NCBI GenBank assembly: GCA_965197935.1
Contig: CBDAOD010000003.1
Location: 919,171 to 983,170 of the forward strand
Length of the DNA stretch: 64,000 bases
Direction: 5' to 3'
DNA from: Vicinamibacterales bacterium
GTDB lineage: Bacteria > Acidobacteriota > Vicinamibacteria > Vicinamibacterales > CAZQMT01
In this document: positions 10,015 through 21,064 of the stretch, piece after piece
Position numbering within the stretch: the stretch's first letter is position 1
Layout: every line of letters starts with the position of its first letter
Translations under genes and position numbers: made by a program
Notes under the pieces: model-generated
Database searches by the model: none
Told to the model about the DNA's origin: nothing
Seen by the model: only the letters and a program-made list of their open reading frames with translations

Positions 10015-10017
10015 TAG

Positions 10018-11430
10018 TACTACTTTGTTAGATCGCACAATTTGGGCGAGATCCGACAAGTGATCTAATTTGAGGACATTGTACTTTTCCGGCGAATTCG
10101 GTACCCTGCGCGGTAGTGCAGGACCGCCGCACGGTGGGGCAGTTGCGTCGCCTGATGAGATGGCTCGAGGCCTTCAAGGCGTGCTTCGGCCATCGCGCAC
10201 AGGAGCTGGCGTTGCGCCGGTACGTCCAGGGGTTGCTCAGCGACAGCCCGCGCAAGTCGATGGAAGCGATGCTGGCGCGGGGGACCGATCCCGGGGGCTA
10301 TCAAGCGTTCCAACACTTCATCACCGATGCGCCGTGGAGTGCCGACGGCGTCTGGCGCTGCCTGCGGGCGGTGCTGCCCGAACGCGAAGGGCTGGTGATC
10401 TTCGCCGGCACGAGTTTCCCCAAGCCAGGGACGTCCTCGGTCGGGGTGGCCCGCCAGTACTGTGGGGCCGTGGGGAAAGTCGCCAATGGCCAAGTGGCGG
10501 TCACCGCGGCGCTGTGGACCGGGCTGCGCGCCTACTTGCTGGGGGCCGCGCTCTATGTGCCCGAGGCGTGGCTGACCGACGCCGCCCGCGATCGGGCGCG
10601 GCTTCCCCGGGGTGTCCGGTTGCAGGCGAAGTGGCGCCAAGCGCTCACCCTGCTCCGGCAGGTGCGCGCCAGCGGCCTCACCGGCACCGGCGTGCTGGCC
10701 GATGCGGAGTTTGGCGATACCGGCCTGTTTCGGGCCATGTGGCATCGGTTGCGGCTCCCCTATGCGGTGGGGATTTCCTCGTCGCAGACCGTGTTCCTGG
10801 GGCGGCCGCGCCTCGGGCACCGGCGGGGCGGCCGGCTGGGGCGCCCGCGCACCCGGCCAGACCTGGCGGCGGGCGTGCGGGCGTACACGGTGGCCCAGGC
10901 CGCCAAGGCGCAGCCGCGGTGGCGGCCCATCAGCTGGCGCAACCGCCGCGGCGGGCGCCGCTGGACGGTCCAGTGTGTGGCCCTGCGGGTGACCCCGGCC
11001 CACGACTGGCGCGACCGCCGGCTCGCCCCCGAGGTGTGGCTGCTGGCCGAACGCGACACGGGCGCGACGCCGCGGACCAAATACTTCTTCGTCAACCTGC
11101 CGGCCACCACCTCCTGGCCGCAGCTCGTCCGACTCGCGCATCAGCGGTGGGCCATCGAGCAGCAGTACCAAGAGTTGAAGACCCACCTCGGGTTGGATCA
11201 CTTCGAAGGCCGCACGTTCCCGGGCTGGCACCATCACGTCGTGCTCACCGCCGTGACGTACAACTTCCTGCAGGCCGAGCGGCGGCGGCACCTCGCCAGG
11301 CTCACCTTTCCAGTGGCCCGCGCGATCGTGCAGGAAATCTTCACCGCGTACCTCTTTGCTCCACGGCCGTTCTACCTGAAGCGCATCGAGGCGCTAAAGT
11401 CGGTGCAATTGCGGATCTAACAAAGTAGTA
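10018..11430 (+). mobile_element. IS701-family element, copy 2 (transposase 10116-11420)
   Basis: 1413 bp, same IRs as copy 1, CTAG at 10014-10017 and 11431-11434; inverted relative to copy 1. Confidence 0.95.
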
Positions 11431-11513
11431 CTAGTGTCCTGTAACAGTAATTCGTGGTGTAAGTCCCGCGCGCGGCGCCCGGCTGGCAGGGCGCGAGGAG
11501 CGAGCATACCGGG
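11431..11513 (+). mobile_element. Left half of a MITE-like element related to 51231-51394
   Basis: End CTAGTGTCCTGTAACAGTAATT resembles TAGTGGACTGTATCAGTCATT; 11475-11511 matches 51275-51311 at 33/37 nt. Confidence 0.65.
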
Positions 11514-11525
11514 CAGCGGGGAACG

Positions 11526-12584
11526 CTACCCGTTCCCGTCGAGCCACCGCTCGATGCCGAACGGGCATTGATTCTCGAGGACGATCCGAACGGCCTCTGG
11601 GAGCGGTCGGCTGAAGCCGGCTTTCGGGCTCGTCGGACCGAACCACTCATCATAGATCTCGTCGTACACCCCCGACGCGATCACATGACACAGAGCGTTG
11701 TCGACCATGTCCTTCCAGTCGGAATCATCCTCGGGCAACAAGACACCGTTGGGGATGCAGAACAGCTCCGGCCCACGCACCTCCCAGTCGTCCGGATTCT
11801 GCGTCTTCGCCTTCAGACTCCGGAGGGTCGTCTCCAGGGTCACGTGGGCGTCGGTCTTGCCTTGGCTCAAGGACAGGAAGCCCACCGAGTGCGTGTCGTG
11901 CGTGATCAGGATGGGCGGAGGGGTCAGCTCTCCGCTCAGCCCCATGTCCGTCAGGAACCTCTCCTCGACGCTGCCCCTCGTGACGCCTATCCTCTGTCCG
12001 GACAGATCCGTCTGCCGCGCGATCGGGCTACTCTTCGACACCAGCGTCATGACGCACGAGACGTTGGTCTGATGAGAGAAATCGATGACCTCTTCGCGCT
12101 CGGGGGTACGACCGGTCGTGCCCAGCACCCAGTCGAGCGTTCCGTTGACGATGAGGGGGATCCGCGTCTGCGGAGAGACCGCCTTGAATTCAAGGTCGAT
12201 GCCGAGGCCCAGCTTGGTCTCGATCGCTCCGTGGAGTGCCTTGCTCAGATCGATGGACCACCCGACCCACTGGCCACTCTCATCGTAGAACCCGAACGGC
12301 GGTGCGCCGTCTCGCGCGCCGACCACGAGTTTCCGCTCTCGCCTGACCTTGTCCAGTACGCTCGGGCCGCCGGTGACGCCGAGATCGTCGTCGGCCATCG
12401 TCGCAGGCGCCCCGCCCGGGACTCGGGTCGACGGGCCAGGGGACTCGCTGCCGCAACCCGCCGACAGCGCGGCGAAGAAGGGAGCGAGAAGAACCGCTCT
12501 CAGAACGCGCCTGGCTGCGTCGCGGCCACGAGGCCGATCTCGACGTTCCAGATCAGGTGGGTTCGGGCGGCCCGGGTGCCGCAT
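11526..12584 (-). CDS. Polar amino-acid ABC-type substrate-binding lipoprotein
   Basis: Lipobox LSAGC, PPFGFYD, TRIPLIVNGTLD, TPEREEVIDFS; GGAGG RBS before ATG 12584. Confidence 0.88.
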   Translation of the reverse strand: MRHPGRPNPPDLERRDRPRGRDAARRVLRAVLLAPFFAALSAGCGSESPGPSTRVPGGAPATMADDDLGVTGGPSVLDKVRRERKLVVGARDGAPPFGFYDESGQWVGWSIDLSKALHGAIETKLGLGIDLEFKAVSPQTRIPLIVNGTLDWVLGTTGRTPEREEVIDFSHQTNVSCVMTLVSKSSPIARQTDLSGQRIGVTRGSVEERFLTDMGLSGELTPPPILITHDTHSVGFLSLSQGKTDAHVTLETTLRSLKAKTQNPDDWEVRGPELFCIPNGVLLPEDDSDWKDMVDNALCHVIASGVYDEIYDEWFGPTSPKAGFSRPLPEAVRIVLENQCPFGIERWLDGNG

Positions 12585-12711
12585 CGCTGACCTCCGTTCG
12601 GGTGAGGGTCGTTGGCCATCGTCGAGGCGCGAGAGAAGGATTGCTGGAAGAGTATTCCACATGGACCTTGTCGGGCCAGTCGAAAGGAATACCGAGGGAG
12701 ACGCGATCCGG

Positions 12712-14337
12712 CTACTGCGCCAGGAACCAGTAGCACGCGAGGGTGGCGACGACAACCGCCGCCGCGACCGGTTCGGCGGCCCTCCAGGGTGTCATGTCGA
12801 CGTAGTTGCGACGCGGCGCGAGGTCGGGCTCGACGCGCGCACCGGGAACGCGCCAGCTCAGCGCCGCCATGCCAACGACCGTCAGGACGAAGACGCACCC
12901 GAGAAAATGCAAGTAGTGCACGTCCTCCTGTAGATCGAAGCCGCGCCGCAAGAGCCCCTGCACTTCTTCTCCGAACCCGAACACGATCGCGTAAAATAGG
13001 ATTGGCCCCGCGACCAGCGCCGTCTTTGCTGACCGGGCCGTCGCCCACCGCGTCGTCATTCCCAGGAGTATGACCGCCAACATCGGTCCGAAGAACGTTG
13101 CGTTGATCTGCTGCAAGTAGTTGTAGAGGCTTCCCTCGGTGTTGATGAGGGGCGCGATCGCCATGGCGGCCAGTGCCAACGCGACGCTGCACAGGCGCCC
13201 CGATCGCACGGTCTGCGCGTCGCTCGCGCGCGGGTGGATCCAGTGTCGGTAGATGCCCCGACTGAACAGCGTTGCCGAGCTGTTGAGGACGCTGTTGAAG
13301 GTGCTCAAGATGGCGCCGACCATGACCGCGGCAAAGAAGCCTTTGAGCGCATCTGGCAAGACGTGCTTCACGAGCCGAGGATAGGCGAGGATCGCGTTGG
13401 CGTCGCCGAGCTCCTCATGGAACATGTGAAACGCGATGACGCCGGGCAGCACGATGACCAACGGTCCAAGGAGCTTGAATCCAGCCGCGATCAACACGCC
13501 CTTCTGACCTTCCGCCAGGCTCCGGGCTCCGAGCGCCCGCTGCACGATGGACTGATTGGTGCACCAGAAGAAGATCTGGTTGACGATCATCCCCGTGAAC
13601 AACGCGCCCAGAGGGAGAAACGATCCTGGTTCGTCGCCGGTGATGTCGAATTTCTCCGGGTTCTCCGCGTAGACCGCCGCAAGTCCCGTCCAGACACTGC
13701 CGTCGCCCAGATCGCGGAGCGCAAGATACGGGATCAACAGGCCCGCGATCAAGAATCCCACGCCATTGACCGTATCGGAGATTGCCACCGCCTTCAGGCC
13801 GCCGAAGACGGCGTACGACGCGCCGAGGACGCCGACGCCCCAGATCAGCATCCACGTGGCGCGCTCGCGCGGGATGCCCCACGTCGCGGACACGTCGAAG
13901 AGGCTCTCCAGGCCAGCGGCGCCGAACAGCAGCACGATCGGAAGAATCGCCGCGGCGTAGGAGAGCAAGAACAGCAGCGAGGCAATGAGCCGGGTCGTTT
14001 GATCGTAGCGGTCGGCCAGGAACTGAGGAATGGTCGTCAGGCCGCGTGCGAGATACCTGGGCAAGAAGTAGAGGGCCGTGAGCACCATCGCCAGGGCCGC
14101 GGTCGTTTCCCACGCCATCACGGCAATCGTGTGTGCATACGCGTCCGCGTTGAGCCCGATGAGGTGCTCGGTCGACAGGTTGGTGAGGATCAGCGACCCG
14201 GCGATCACCCAGCCGTTGAGACTGCGGCCGGCGAGAAAGTATCCCTCCGACGTGCGGACCTCTTCGCGATGGGTGAGACGATAGGCGACGATTCCGACCA
14301 GCGCGGTGTACGTCGCGAATGACAATAGCGAGATCAC
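12712..14337 (-). CDS. Sodium:solute symporter (SSS, YidK-like sugar/inositol type)
   Basis: YFLAGRSL, TNLSTEHLIGL, FWCTNQSIVQRALGA; about 14 hydrophobic segments. Confidence 0.92.
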   Translation of the reverse strand: MISLLSFATYTALVGIVAYRLTHREEVRTSEGYFLAGRSLNGWVIAGSLILTNLSTEHLIGLNADAYAHTIAVMAWETTAALAMVLTALYFLPRYLARGLTTIPQFLADRYDQTTRLIASLLFLLSYAAAILPIVLLFGAAGLESLFDVSATWGIPRERATWMLIWGVGVLGASYAVFGGLKAVAISDTVNGVGFLIAGLLIPYLALRDLGDGSVWTGLAAVYAENPEKFDITGDEPGSFLPLGALFTGMIVNQIFFWCTNQSIVQRALGARSLAEGQKGVLIAAGFKLLGPLVIVLPGVIAFHMFHEELGDANAILAYPRLVKHVLPDALKGFFAAVMVGAILSTFNSVLNSSATLFSRGIYRHWIHPRASDAQTVRSGRLCSVALALAAMAIAPLINTEGSLYNYLQQINATFFGPMLAVILLGMTTRWATARSAKTALVAGPILFYAIVFGFGEEVQGLLRRGFDLQEDVHYLHFLGCVFVLTVVGMAALSWRVPGARVEPDLAPRRNYVDMTPWRAAEPVAAAVVVATLACYWFLAQ

Positions 14338-15295
14338 TAGGGATCGGCAGGTCGCGCGGCTCGCTGCTCCAGGTAGGCCATCAACTCCCTGGGCCGGTCG
14401 GTCTGAATCATGTTGACGCCCAGATCGACGAGATAACCCCAGTTGCCGTCGGGGTCGGCCAGGCTCCGGTCGTCACTGCGGCCTGCGGCGAACTCGGGAC
14501 CCAGCGTGTTCACCCACAAGCGAATGCCCTGGCTTCGTACCGCCTTGACACCTTCGGCAGGTAGGCATCGGTCTCATTGACGACCTCGACGGCAACCGGT
14601 GCGTATTTGGAGTATCGGGGAACGACTTCGCTGAACACGGCGGCGCACGTTCGCGCCGGATCATCGTTGCATTGCTGGACAATCGGCATGAAGTGGGTTC
14701 GCCCAAGAAACTCGGACCGGTCGAGGCGTGGATCGTCGGGTGCGGCAGACATCTTCATCACGATCTCGTCGGCCACTCCGACCTCATCGACGACCTGCAA
14801 TGCCTGTGTGTACAGATCCGCCTTGATATCGAGGTTGACCAGAATTCGACCCCTGGCGGCCTGTAGCGCCTCGCGCAATGTCGGAATGCCGAAGTTGGTC
14901 AGCGGCATGGCATCGCCGCCAGCGCCCGGCTTGAGCGACAGCGTCTTCAGTTCGGCCAGATCGAGATCCTGTATCGAGCCGCTGCCATTGGTCGTCCGAT
15001 CCACCGTCTCGTCATGCATGAGAACCAATCGACCGTCCTTCGTTCTACGGACATCGACTTCGATCATGTCGACCCCGATGGAGATACATTCCTCGATGCC
15101 CGCCAGTGAATTCTCCGCAGTGTCCCGCCAGCAACCACGATGCGCGATCACCATGACGTCGGTAGCGTTCGCGTCTTCCAATCGCTCCCGAAGATGCTCC
15201 ATGCGCGATGCGCCGTTCATGGGCCCACTGCTGCACGAGATCGCAGCCACCGCGCACATCAGGGCCAACAGACGGGAGTCGCTTTTCGCAGACAT
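14337..15295 (-). CDS. Glycerophosphodiester phosphodiesterase, split by a 1-nt deletion near 14557
   Basis: IAHRG, ENSL, EVDVRRTKDG, MHD..DRTT; the C-terminal WVNTL...GVNMIQTDRP continues in another frame. Confidence 0.85.
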
Positions 15296-15316
15296 GAAGC
15301 GTCTCGTGGGGCGGGT

Positions 15317-16603
15317 CTACCCACGGTCCCGCAGCGCGTCCGGCTCGAGGTGCCACTCTAGGTTGTTCGGCGGTGTCACGGCCAGCTCGTCGGGTCGGGA
15401 CATCGCCCGGAGCTGCGGCGTGAAGTCGTAGAGCACGGGTGACGGGCGCGTGGTGCCCCCCCGGTTGACGTACTCCCAGACGATCTCGCCGTCGGGCTGC
15501 ACTTGGAAGAGGCGGCCCGTATTGTCTTCGGCGATGAAGGTGTTCCCGTTCGGCAGGCGGCGCTGCGATCCCATCGTCTTGCTGAAGAACTTGATGTTCG
15601 CATAGCCCTCGGTCTCGTATGTCCAGACGATCTCCTGGCTCGTCGGGTCCATCTCCATGATGAACGTCTGGCCGCTGTGAGTCCGGTGCCTGGGGAAGAG
15701 CCCGTTGTCAAAGAAGATGATGTGGCCTGCCCCGGGGAGCCCCTTCTCGATCATCTCGGGTTCGTGCGAGTGCGCCATGCCGCCCTTGTAGTCGTGCGTA
15801 CCCTCCCAGACGACCTGCTTCGTGGCCTTGTCGATGATGTACATCGTGTCGATGTTTCGGGTATTGACGAGGATGTTGCCCGGTCTGAACCTGTCGTCTC
15901 CAGCGTCGTGCCACTTATTCTCGGGTAGCGGCGCGATCGAGTTCACGTGTAGCCAGTCGTTTTCCGGCGTGGCAGGGGAGAAGCGGTTCAGGTCGAGGTG
16001 GTTGTGCGCATGCCACTCCCAGACGACCTCACCGGCCGCGTTGACCTCGTAGATGTCCGCACCCAGCTGGTGCTCCTCGGTCCCACGCTTGCGTGGAGCC
16101 CACCAGGGACTCATGTCGACATCCCCGACCCGGCTCTGGAATTCGTCCGGAATCGGTTCGTGCGCGATCAGTAGCTTATTGCCGTTGGGCAAGACGCGCA
16201 GATCGTTGACCGACCCGATCCCCTCGTGTGTCCAGACGACGTTGCCGTCCCAGTCGTATTCGAAGATGGTCTTGTCGGGGCCGGCGTAGACGAGATGGCC
16301 GTCGGGGAGCAGTCGGCTCCGCTTGTTGAAGGTGGGCGCGACCGTCCAGGTGTGCACGACGTTGCCGTTCATGTCGATGAGACGGATGTCGTCCGGAGTT
16401 TCGCTCTCCGCTCTCACCTTGGCATCCGCATGGTTGCCCGTGGTCGAGTGGTCCGAGATCAGGATGTAGCTGCTGTAGCTCTCGCTCGGCCTGTAGATTG
16501 TCGTTCCGGTCGGAAAGATCGTCGGGTACGCGACCAGATAGGCGGCGGCCAGCGACACGAGCAGGCTAGCCGTGAGTGATGCGGTGATGCTGCTTCGGGC
16601 CAT
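15317..16603 (-). CDS. Aryl-sulfate sulfotransferase (ASST) family beta-propeller
   Basis: YPTIFPTGTTIY start, DWLHVNS, HSHEPEMI, IIFFDNG, SQRRLPNGNTFI. Confidence 0.82.
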   Translation of the reverse strand: MARSSITASLTASLLVSLAAAYLVAYPTIFPTGTTIYRPSESYSSYILISDHSTTGNHADAKVRAESETPDDIRLIDMNGNVVHTWTVAPTFNKRSRLLPDGHLVYAGPDKTIFEYDWDGNVVWTHEGIGSVNDLRVLPNGNKLLIAHEPIPDEFQSRVGDVDMSPWWAPRKRGTEEHQLGADIYEVNAAGEVVWEWHAHNHLDLNRFSPATPENDWLHVNSIAPLPENKWHDAGDDRFRPGNILVNTRNIDTMYIIDKATKQVVWEGTHDYKGGMAHSHEPEMIEKGLPGAGHIIFFDNGLFPRHRTHSGQTFIMEMDPTSQEIVWTYETEGYANIKFFSKTMGSQRRLPNGNTFIAEDNTGRLFQVQPDGEIVWEYVNRGGTTRPSPVLYDFTPQLRAMSRPDELAVTPPNNLEWHLEPDALRDRG

Positions 16604-16856
16604 GGATCACCCCCCGGTCAGGACAGTCGTCGGTCCCCGGTCATGCATCCCTGCCAGAGACGCCGACGGGACTGGTGTGTGGGACGAGAATCGACCCGGA
16701 TCATATCTCGAATCTCGGGAGGGAGGCTCGGGGTCCATGCGTTGCCGCGCCCTGCCGCTGACGAATCTGTGATCGCAGGCACAGACCCGCAAGTCTGACG
16801 GAGCGGATCGGCTCGCCTTTCCCGCGGTTCGGCGGCCATGAGGGTCGAGTCCGGCG

Positions 16857-19150
16857 GTGTCGTTGACGCACCCCTCCGTCCCGACCTGGCATCTTCATTG
16901 CTTTTGCTCCCATGGTCCCGCGTGCCACCGGAGGTCGGGAGTCCCACCCGTAACTCGCTCAAGAGACGAAACGTTGCTGGACAGGGTCGTCGAGGATCGC
17001 TTCATCGAGTTCACGCGGGCGTGTCGCGCCGCGGTGGCCATGCTGTCGCTGTATCCTCCCGAACACCCGGCCGTGGATGGCTCGCTGGGCCGGCTGTGCG
17101 ACGCCGCAGCCCAGATGTTGAGCCAGGGTGCCGTCGCCCTCACGGTTCTGCCGCACGACGTGTTGTTCAACCAGGCCGCCGCGTCGCGTCGGGACCGTGC
17201 AACCGAGGAGCTGGCGCGGTTGCTCCACGAGCATGGCGTCGCGGGGCTGAACCTCACGGCCGACGTCGACATCGAGACGTGGCGCACGTTGCTGCTGCTG
17301 CTGGGACGCAGTGTCGACACCGTCAAGGCCGATGGCGGATTCGGTCGTGCCTGGCGCGAGACCGGCGATGCTCGCATCGAGGTCCTGGAGATCGACTACG
17401 CGCTGGTCATGCGTGGCCGTCGCGGGCCGGAGACGGCCCTCGTCGCCGTCCTCGCCGGCGCCGCGCGAGTGGGTGGGTCGGCGAAGCTCGACCCCGAGAC
17501 CGCCGAGAGCCTGACGGCAGCCGTGGACGACCCACGGATGCTGGAGCAGCTCGCGTCGGACCTGGCCGGCGAGGCGCAGGGCGGCGCCGACCGCCAGACG
17601 AGTCTCTGGCTGTCGCTCCTGCGTGGCGTCGCCGAGGCAACGGCGCAGCAATCCCCGGGCCAACTCGACCGTCGGTTTCGTGGCCTGGCCCGCGAGGCCG
17701 GTCGGCTCTCGCCTTCGGTGTTGTGCGGCCTCATCGACCAGCGCGGTGCAGCCGAGGCGACCGCTGGCTCGCTGGACGTCGTCACGGCTCTCACGCGGCG
17801 GATGGACGATGAGGGGATTGCCGGGTTCGTCGCCCGCGCCGTCGCGGAGGAAGAGACTCCAGGCGCAGCGCTGGCCATCGCCTTTCAGGCGCTGGCGCCA
17901 GAACCGGCTCGCCACCCGGAGCTCCTGGCGCGCGCGCGCTGGCGAAGGGTTCGGAGTCGGGCGACGCGCGTCAGACGGCCGAGCGTTGGTCGAAGGTCAC
18001 GCAGGCGCTCACGGGCGAGACGAGCGCGTCGGAGGAGTACGCGCGTGCCCTGGCAGCCAGATCGCGAGACGTCACGGAGATCGAGCGGTTGCTCGACGAT
18101 CCCCCCGAGCGCATCGCTGCGTGGCTTTCCACCGTGGAGGCTGCGGCCGTGGACGCCCTGGATCACCAGCTCCTGGTCGACCTCCTCGAGATCGAGTCGG
18201 ATCCGATCGAGTGGCGCGATCTGTTGCCGGCGGTCGTCGCGCGGATCGAGTCGGACGGTGCAGCGGGCCGGCTGGATGAGGCCGCGATGCTGGTCGGCGC
18301 AATAGCCAAGACCACCGGGGAGGTGGGAGTCGCCTCGCGCGCGCCAGTCGCCCGCGACGCGCTCCAGCAACTGGCACAGGGGCCGCTCCTCGATCGGGTC
18401 GTCGAGCATCTGAGAACCGGGCAATCGCACGAGGTCGAGGAGCTGTGCCGCGCGCTGGGTCCGACCGTCGTTCCGCGACTCATGGAGGCGTTGTCGCGTC
18501 GGCCGGACCATCTGACCCAGCGGCGGCTGGTGAAGATTCTGGCGAGCTTCGGCACGGACAGCCGCGCCGCTGCCGAGCAGCTCATGGACGCGTCAGGCTG
18601 GCGACTCCGCTCGACGGCGGCGTACGTCATCTGGACGGCGGGTGGCGAGGGCGCCCTTCAGGCCATGGAGCGCCTCCTCGGGGATCCGGAGCCACGGGCA
18701 CGAGGAGAGGCCATCCGCGCGATCGTCTTCGGTGGACACGAGCGGGGCCGCGAGATGCTCGTCGAGGCGCTGGTGTCCGGGACCGCAAGTGTCAGGCGGG
18801 ACCTCTCGGCCTCGCTGGCGGCGCTGCAGGACAAGCAGGCGGCAGGGTTCTTCGCGTATCTCTTGAGACACGCGATGTCCGCGAAGCTTCCCCTCGCGGT
18901 CTGCGTGCGCGCGATGGACACGATTGCTCAGGCCGGGGCGGACGACGCCGTGGACACCCTGCACCTTGGTTTGCATGCCGGGCGGTGGTGGACTCCGGCG
19001 CGCACCTGGCGGCTGCGCCGTGGCGCCGCCCGGGCGCTGAGAGCCCTCGGCACGCCCGAGGCGCTCGAGGCGCTCCAGGACGCGGTCTCCCACGGAAGCT
19101 ACGGGGTCTACCTCATCGCGCGACAGGAGCTCGCGGGAGGCGTGAAGTAG
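16857..19150 (+). CDS. Large helical/HEAT-repeat protein, one frameshift near 17935; start uncertain
   Basis: LYPPEHPAV N-terminus; the second frame continues ALAKGSESG...LLDDPPERIAAWL into HEAT-like repeats; the shift lies in a GCGCGC run. Confidence 0.7.
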
Positions 19151-19152
19151 TC

Positions 19153-20528
19153 ATGGGTGAGCGGGACGCCCGACGACCGCTGCTCGAGGATCTGGTGCCG
19201 CTGCTCGCGACCGCCCTGCGGTCGGGTCAGCTCTACACGTGGTCGCATCCCCACGCGGTCCGGTCGCTGAACAGGTTGGCCGACACGGTGCATTCGGCGC
19301 TCGTCGCCCACGCCTCTCTGACGATCGGGATCATCGAGGACGAGGTCGTCGTCTGCTCCGTTCCGTTGTCGAGAACCTCTGTCGCCGTGGACGAACTCGC
19401 GGCCCTGCTCCGATCACTGGATGTCGAGCTGATTCGGATCAGCCGCGGCGTGGAGGCCGACGAGCTCGCGCCGCGACCGGGGAATCCACCCGTCCCGCCG
19501 CCGCCGCGCGCGCCGAGCGGGATCGCCCGGCTCACATCTTGCTGCCGCACATCCGCACGGATCGCGTCAGGGCGGAACCACCGGCCGGCGACACACCCGC
19601 GAGCCCGGCCACGATCCGACGGCTTTATACGGCGGCGACGGCCGCCGCCGAGCGGCTCTGGGAGGGCGCGAAGGCGGAGGGGCAACCCGACGTTCCCCAC
19701 GCGCGCGAGATGGTGGAGGGGCTTGCGACGGCGGTGACCGAGAACCAGACGGCGCTGCTGGGCCTCACGGCCATGAAGGAGTACGACGACTACACGTTCA
19801 CGCACATGGTGAACGTGTCCATCTTGACGATGGCGCAGGCGCGCTCGCTGGGCGTCACGGGTCGGCTGCTGCACGACCTCGGCCTCGAGGGGCTCATGCA
19901 CGACATGGGAAAGGTGCGGACGCCGCTCGAGATCCTGAACAAGCCATCGACGCTGACCGATGATGAGTTTGCGGTGATGAAGCAACACACGGTGGACGGT
20001 GCGGGGATGCTCAGGCGGGCGCCCGAGATGCCCGCCCTGGCCCCGATCGTGGCGCTCGAGCACCACCTACGGCTGGATGGCCAGGGCTACCCGGAGGGGA
20101 TCACGCGAGGACGGCTCAACGTGGGCACGATGCTCTGTAGCATCGGAGACGTCTACGACGCGATGCGGTCTCAGCGCCAGTATCAGCAGGCGTTTCCCAC
20201 CGATCGGATTCTGGCGGTGCTCAAGCGGAACGACGGCTCGCAGTTCGACCAGCACCTCGTGCGACGCTTCGTCCAGCTCCTCGGCATCTATCCACCCGGC
20301 ACCCTCACGCGGCTTACGACCGGGGAGCTGGCGATCGTGATTCGAACCAGCGCCAGCGATCCCTATCGGCCCAGGGTTCGTGTGCTCTTCGACTCCGCCG
20401 GGGAGTCAGTGACCTCGTCGCCGCCCCTCGATCTCTCGAGCGCGCGGGATGACGAGGGAGGCGCACCCCGCATCGTTGCTCCGGTCGACCCGGCGGAGTA
20501 CGCCATCGACCCGCTGAGCTATCTCTGA
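19153..20528 (+). CDS. HD-GYP domain phosphodiesterase, one frameshift near 19470
   Basis: YTFTHMVNV, LMHDMGK, EHHLRLDGQGYP, DVYDAMRSQR; N-terminus LYTWSHP parallels the upstream HEAT protein. Confidence 0.88.
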
Positions 20529-20584
20529 GGATCGGAGCGCGAACGAAGGCAGGAGGGCTACCGTTGGAGCCCGGGCTGAAGGAC

Positions 20585-20617
20585 AAAGACCCCGCTGCCT
20601 GATCGGCAACGGGGTCT
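20585..20617 (-). terminator. Intrinsic terminator after the cold-shock gene
   Basis: Stem AGACCCCGCTGCC / GGCAACGGGGTCT followed by TTT on the minus strand. Confidence 0.65.
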
Positions 20618-20650
20618 CGTGTCTACACGATCGTGCGGTTGGCGGGTGCC

Positions 20651-20860
20651 TTATCCGACCTTGACGACGTTCTCGGCGGCGGGGCCTTTCTGCCCCTGCA
20701 CCACGTCGAACTCGACCTTTTCGCCTTCGGTCAGGCTCTTGAACCCCCCACCCTGAATCGCCGAGTGATGGACGAACACGTCTTTCTCGCCGTCGTCGCG
20801 GGTGAGAAAGCCGAATCCCTTGCTGTCATTGAACCACTTCACTGTTCCCGTCATTGGCAT
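20651..20860 (-). CDS. csp: Cold-shock protein (CspA family)
   Basis: [33 protein letters not shown]. Confidence 0.97.
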   Translation of the reverse strand: MPMTGTVKWFNDSKGFGFLTRDDGEKDVFVHHSAIQGGGFKSLTEGEKVEFDVVQGQKGPAAENVVKVG

Positions 20861-21064
20861 CACCGTACTCCACTGGGTTATCGTCGGAGTCCGGTCCTGC
20901 CGTACGCCGACTTCTCGGTGCGCGGTGACCCGCGCGTTTGACACGCCGAAGCGGCGCTGACTCAATACACTAGCCTAGCAGGATGTCAAAGATCGGGCGC
21001 CCCTGTCAAGCCTGGCCTCGCTCCGCGCGCCGACGCCATAAGCGACGCCCGTCGCCCACGCGCA

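Noticed and set aside
20962-20989. Sigma-70 promoter for the cold-shock gene (TTGACA on the minus strand)
   Set aside because: Perfect -35 but no convincing -10 at 16-18 nt spacing
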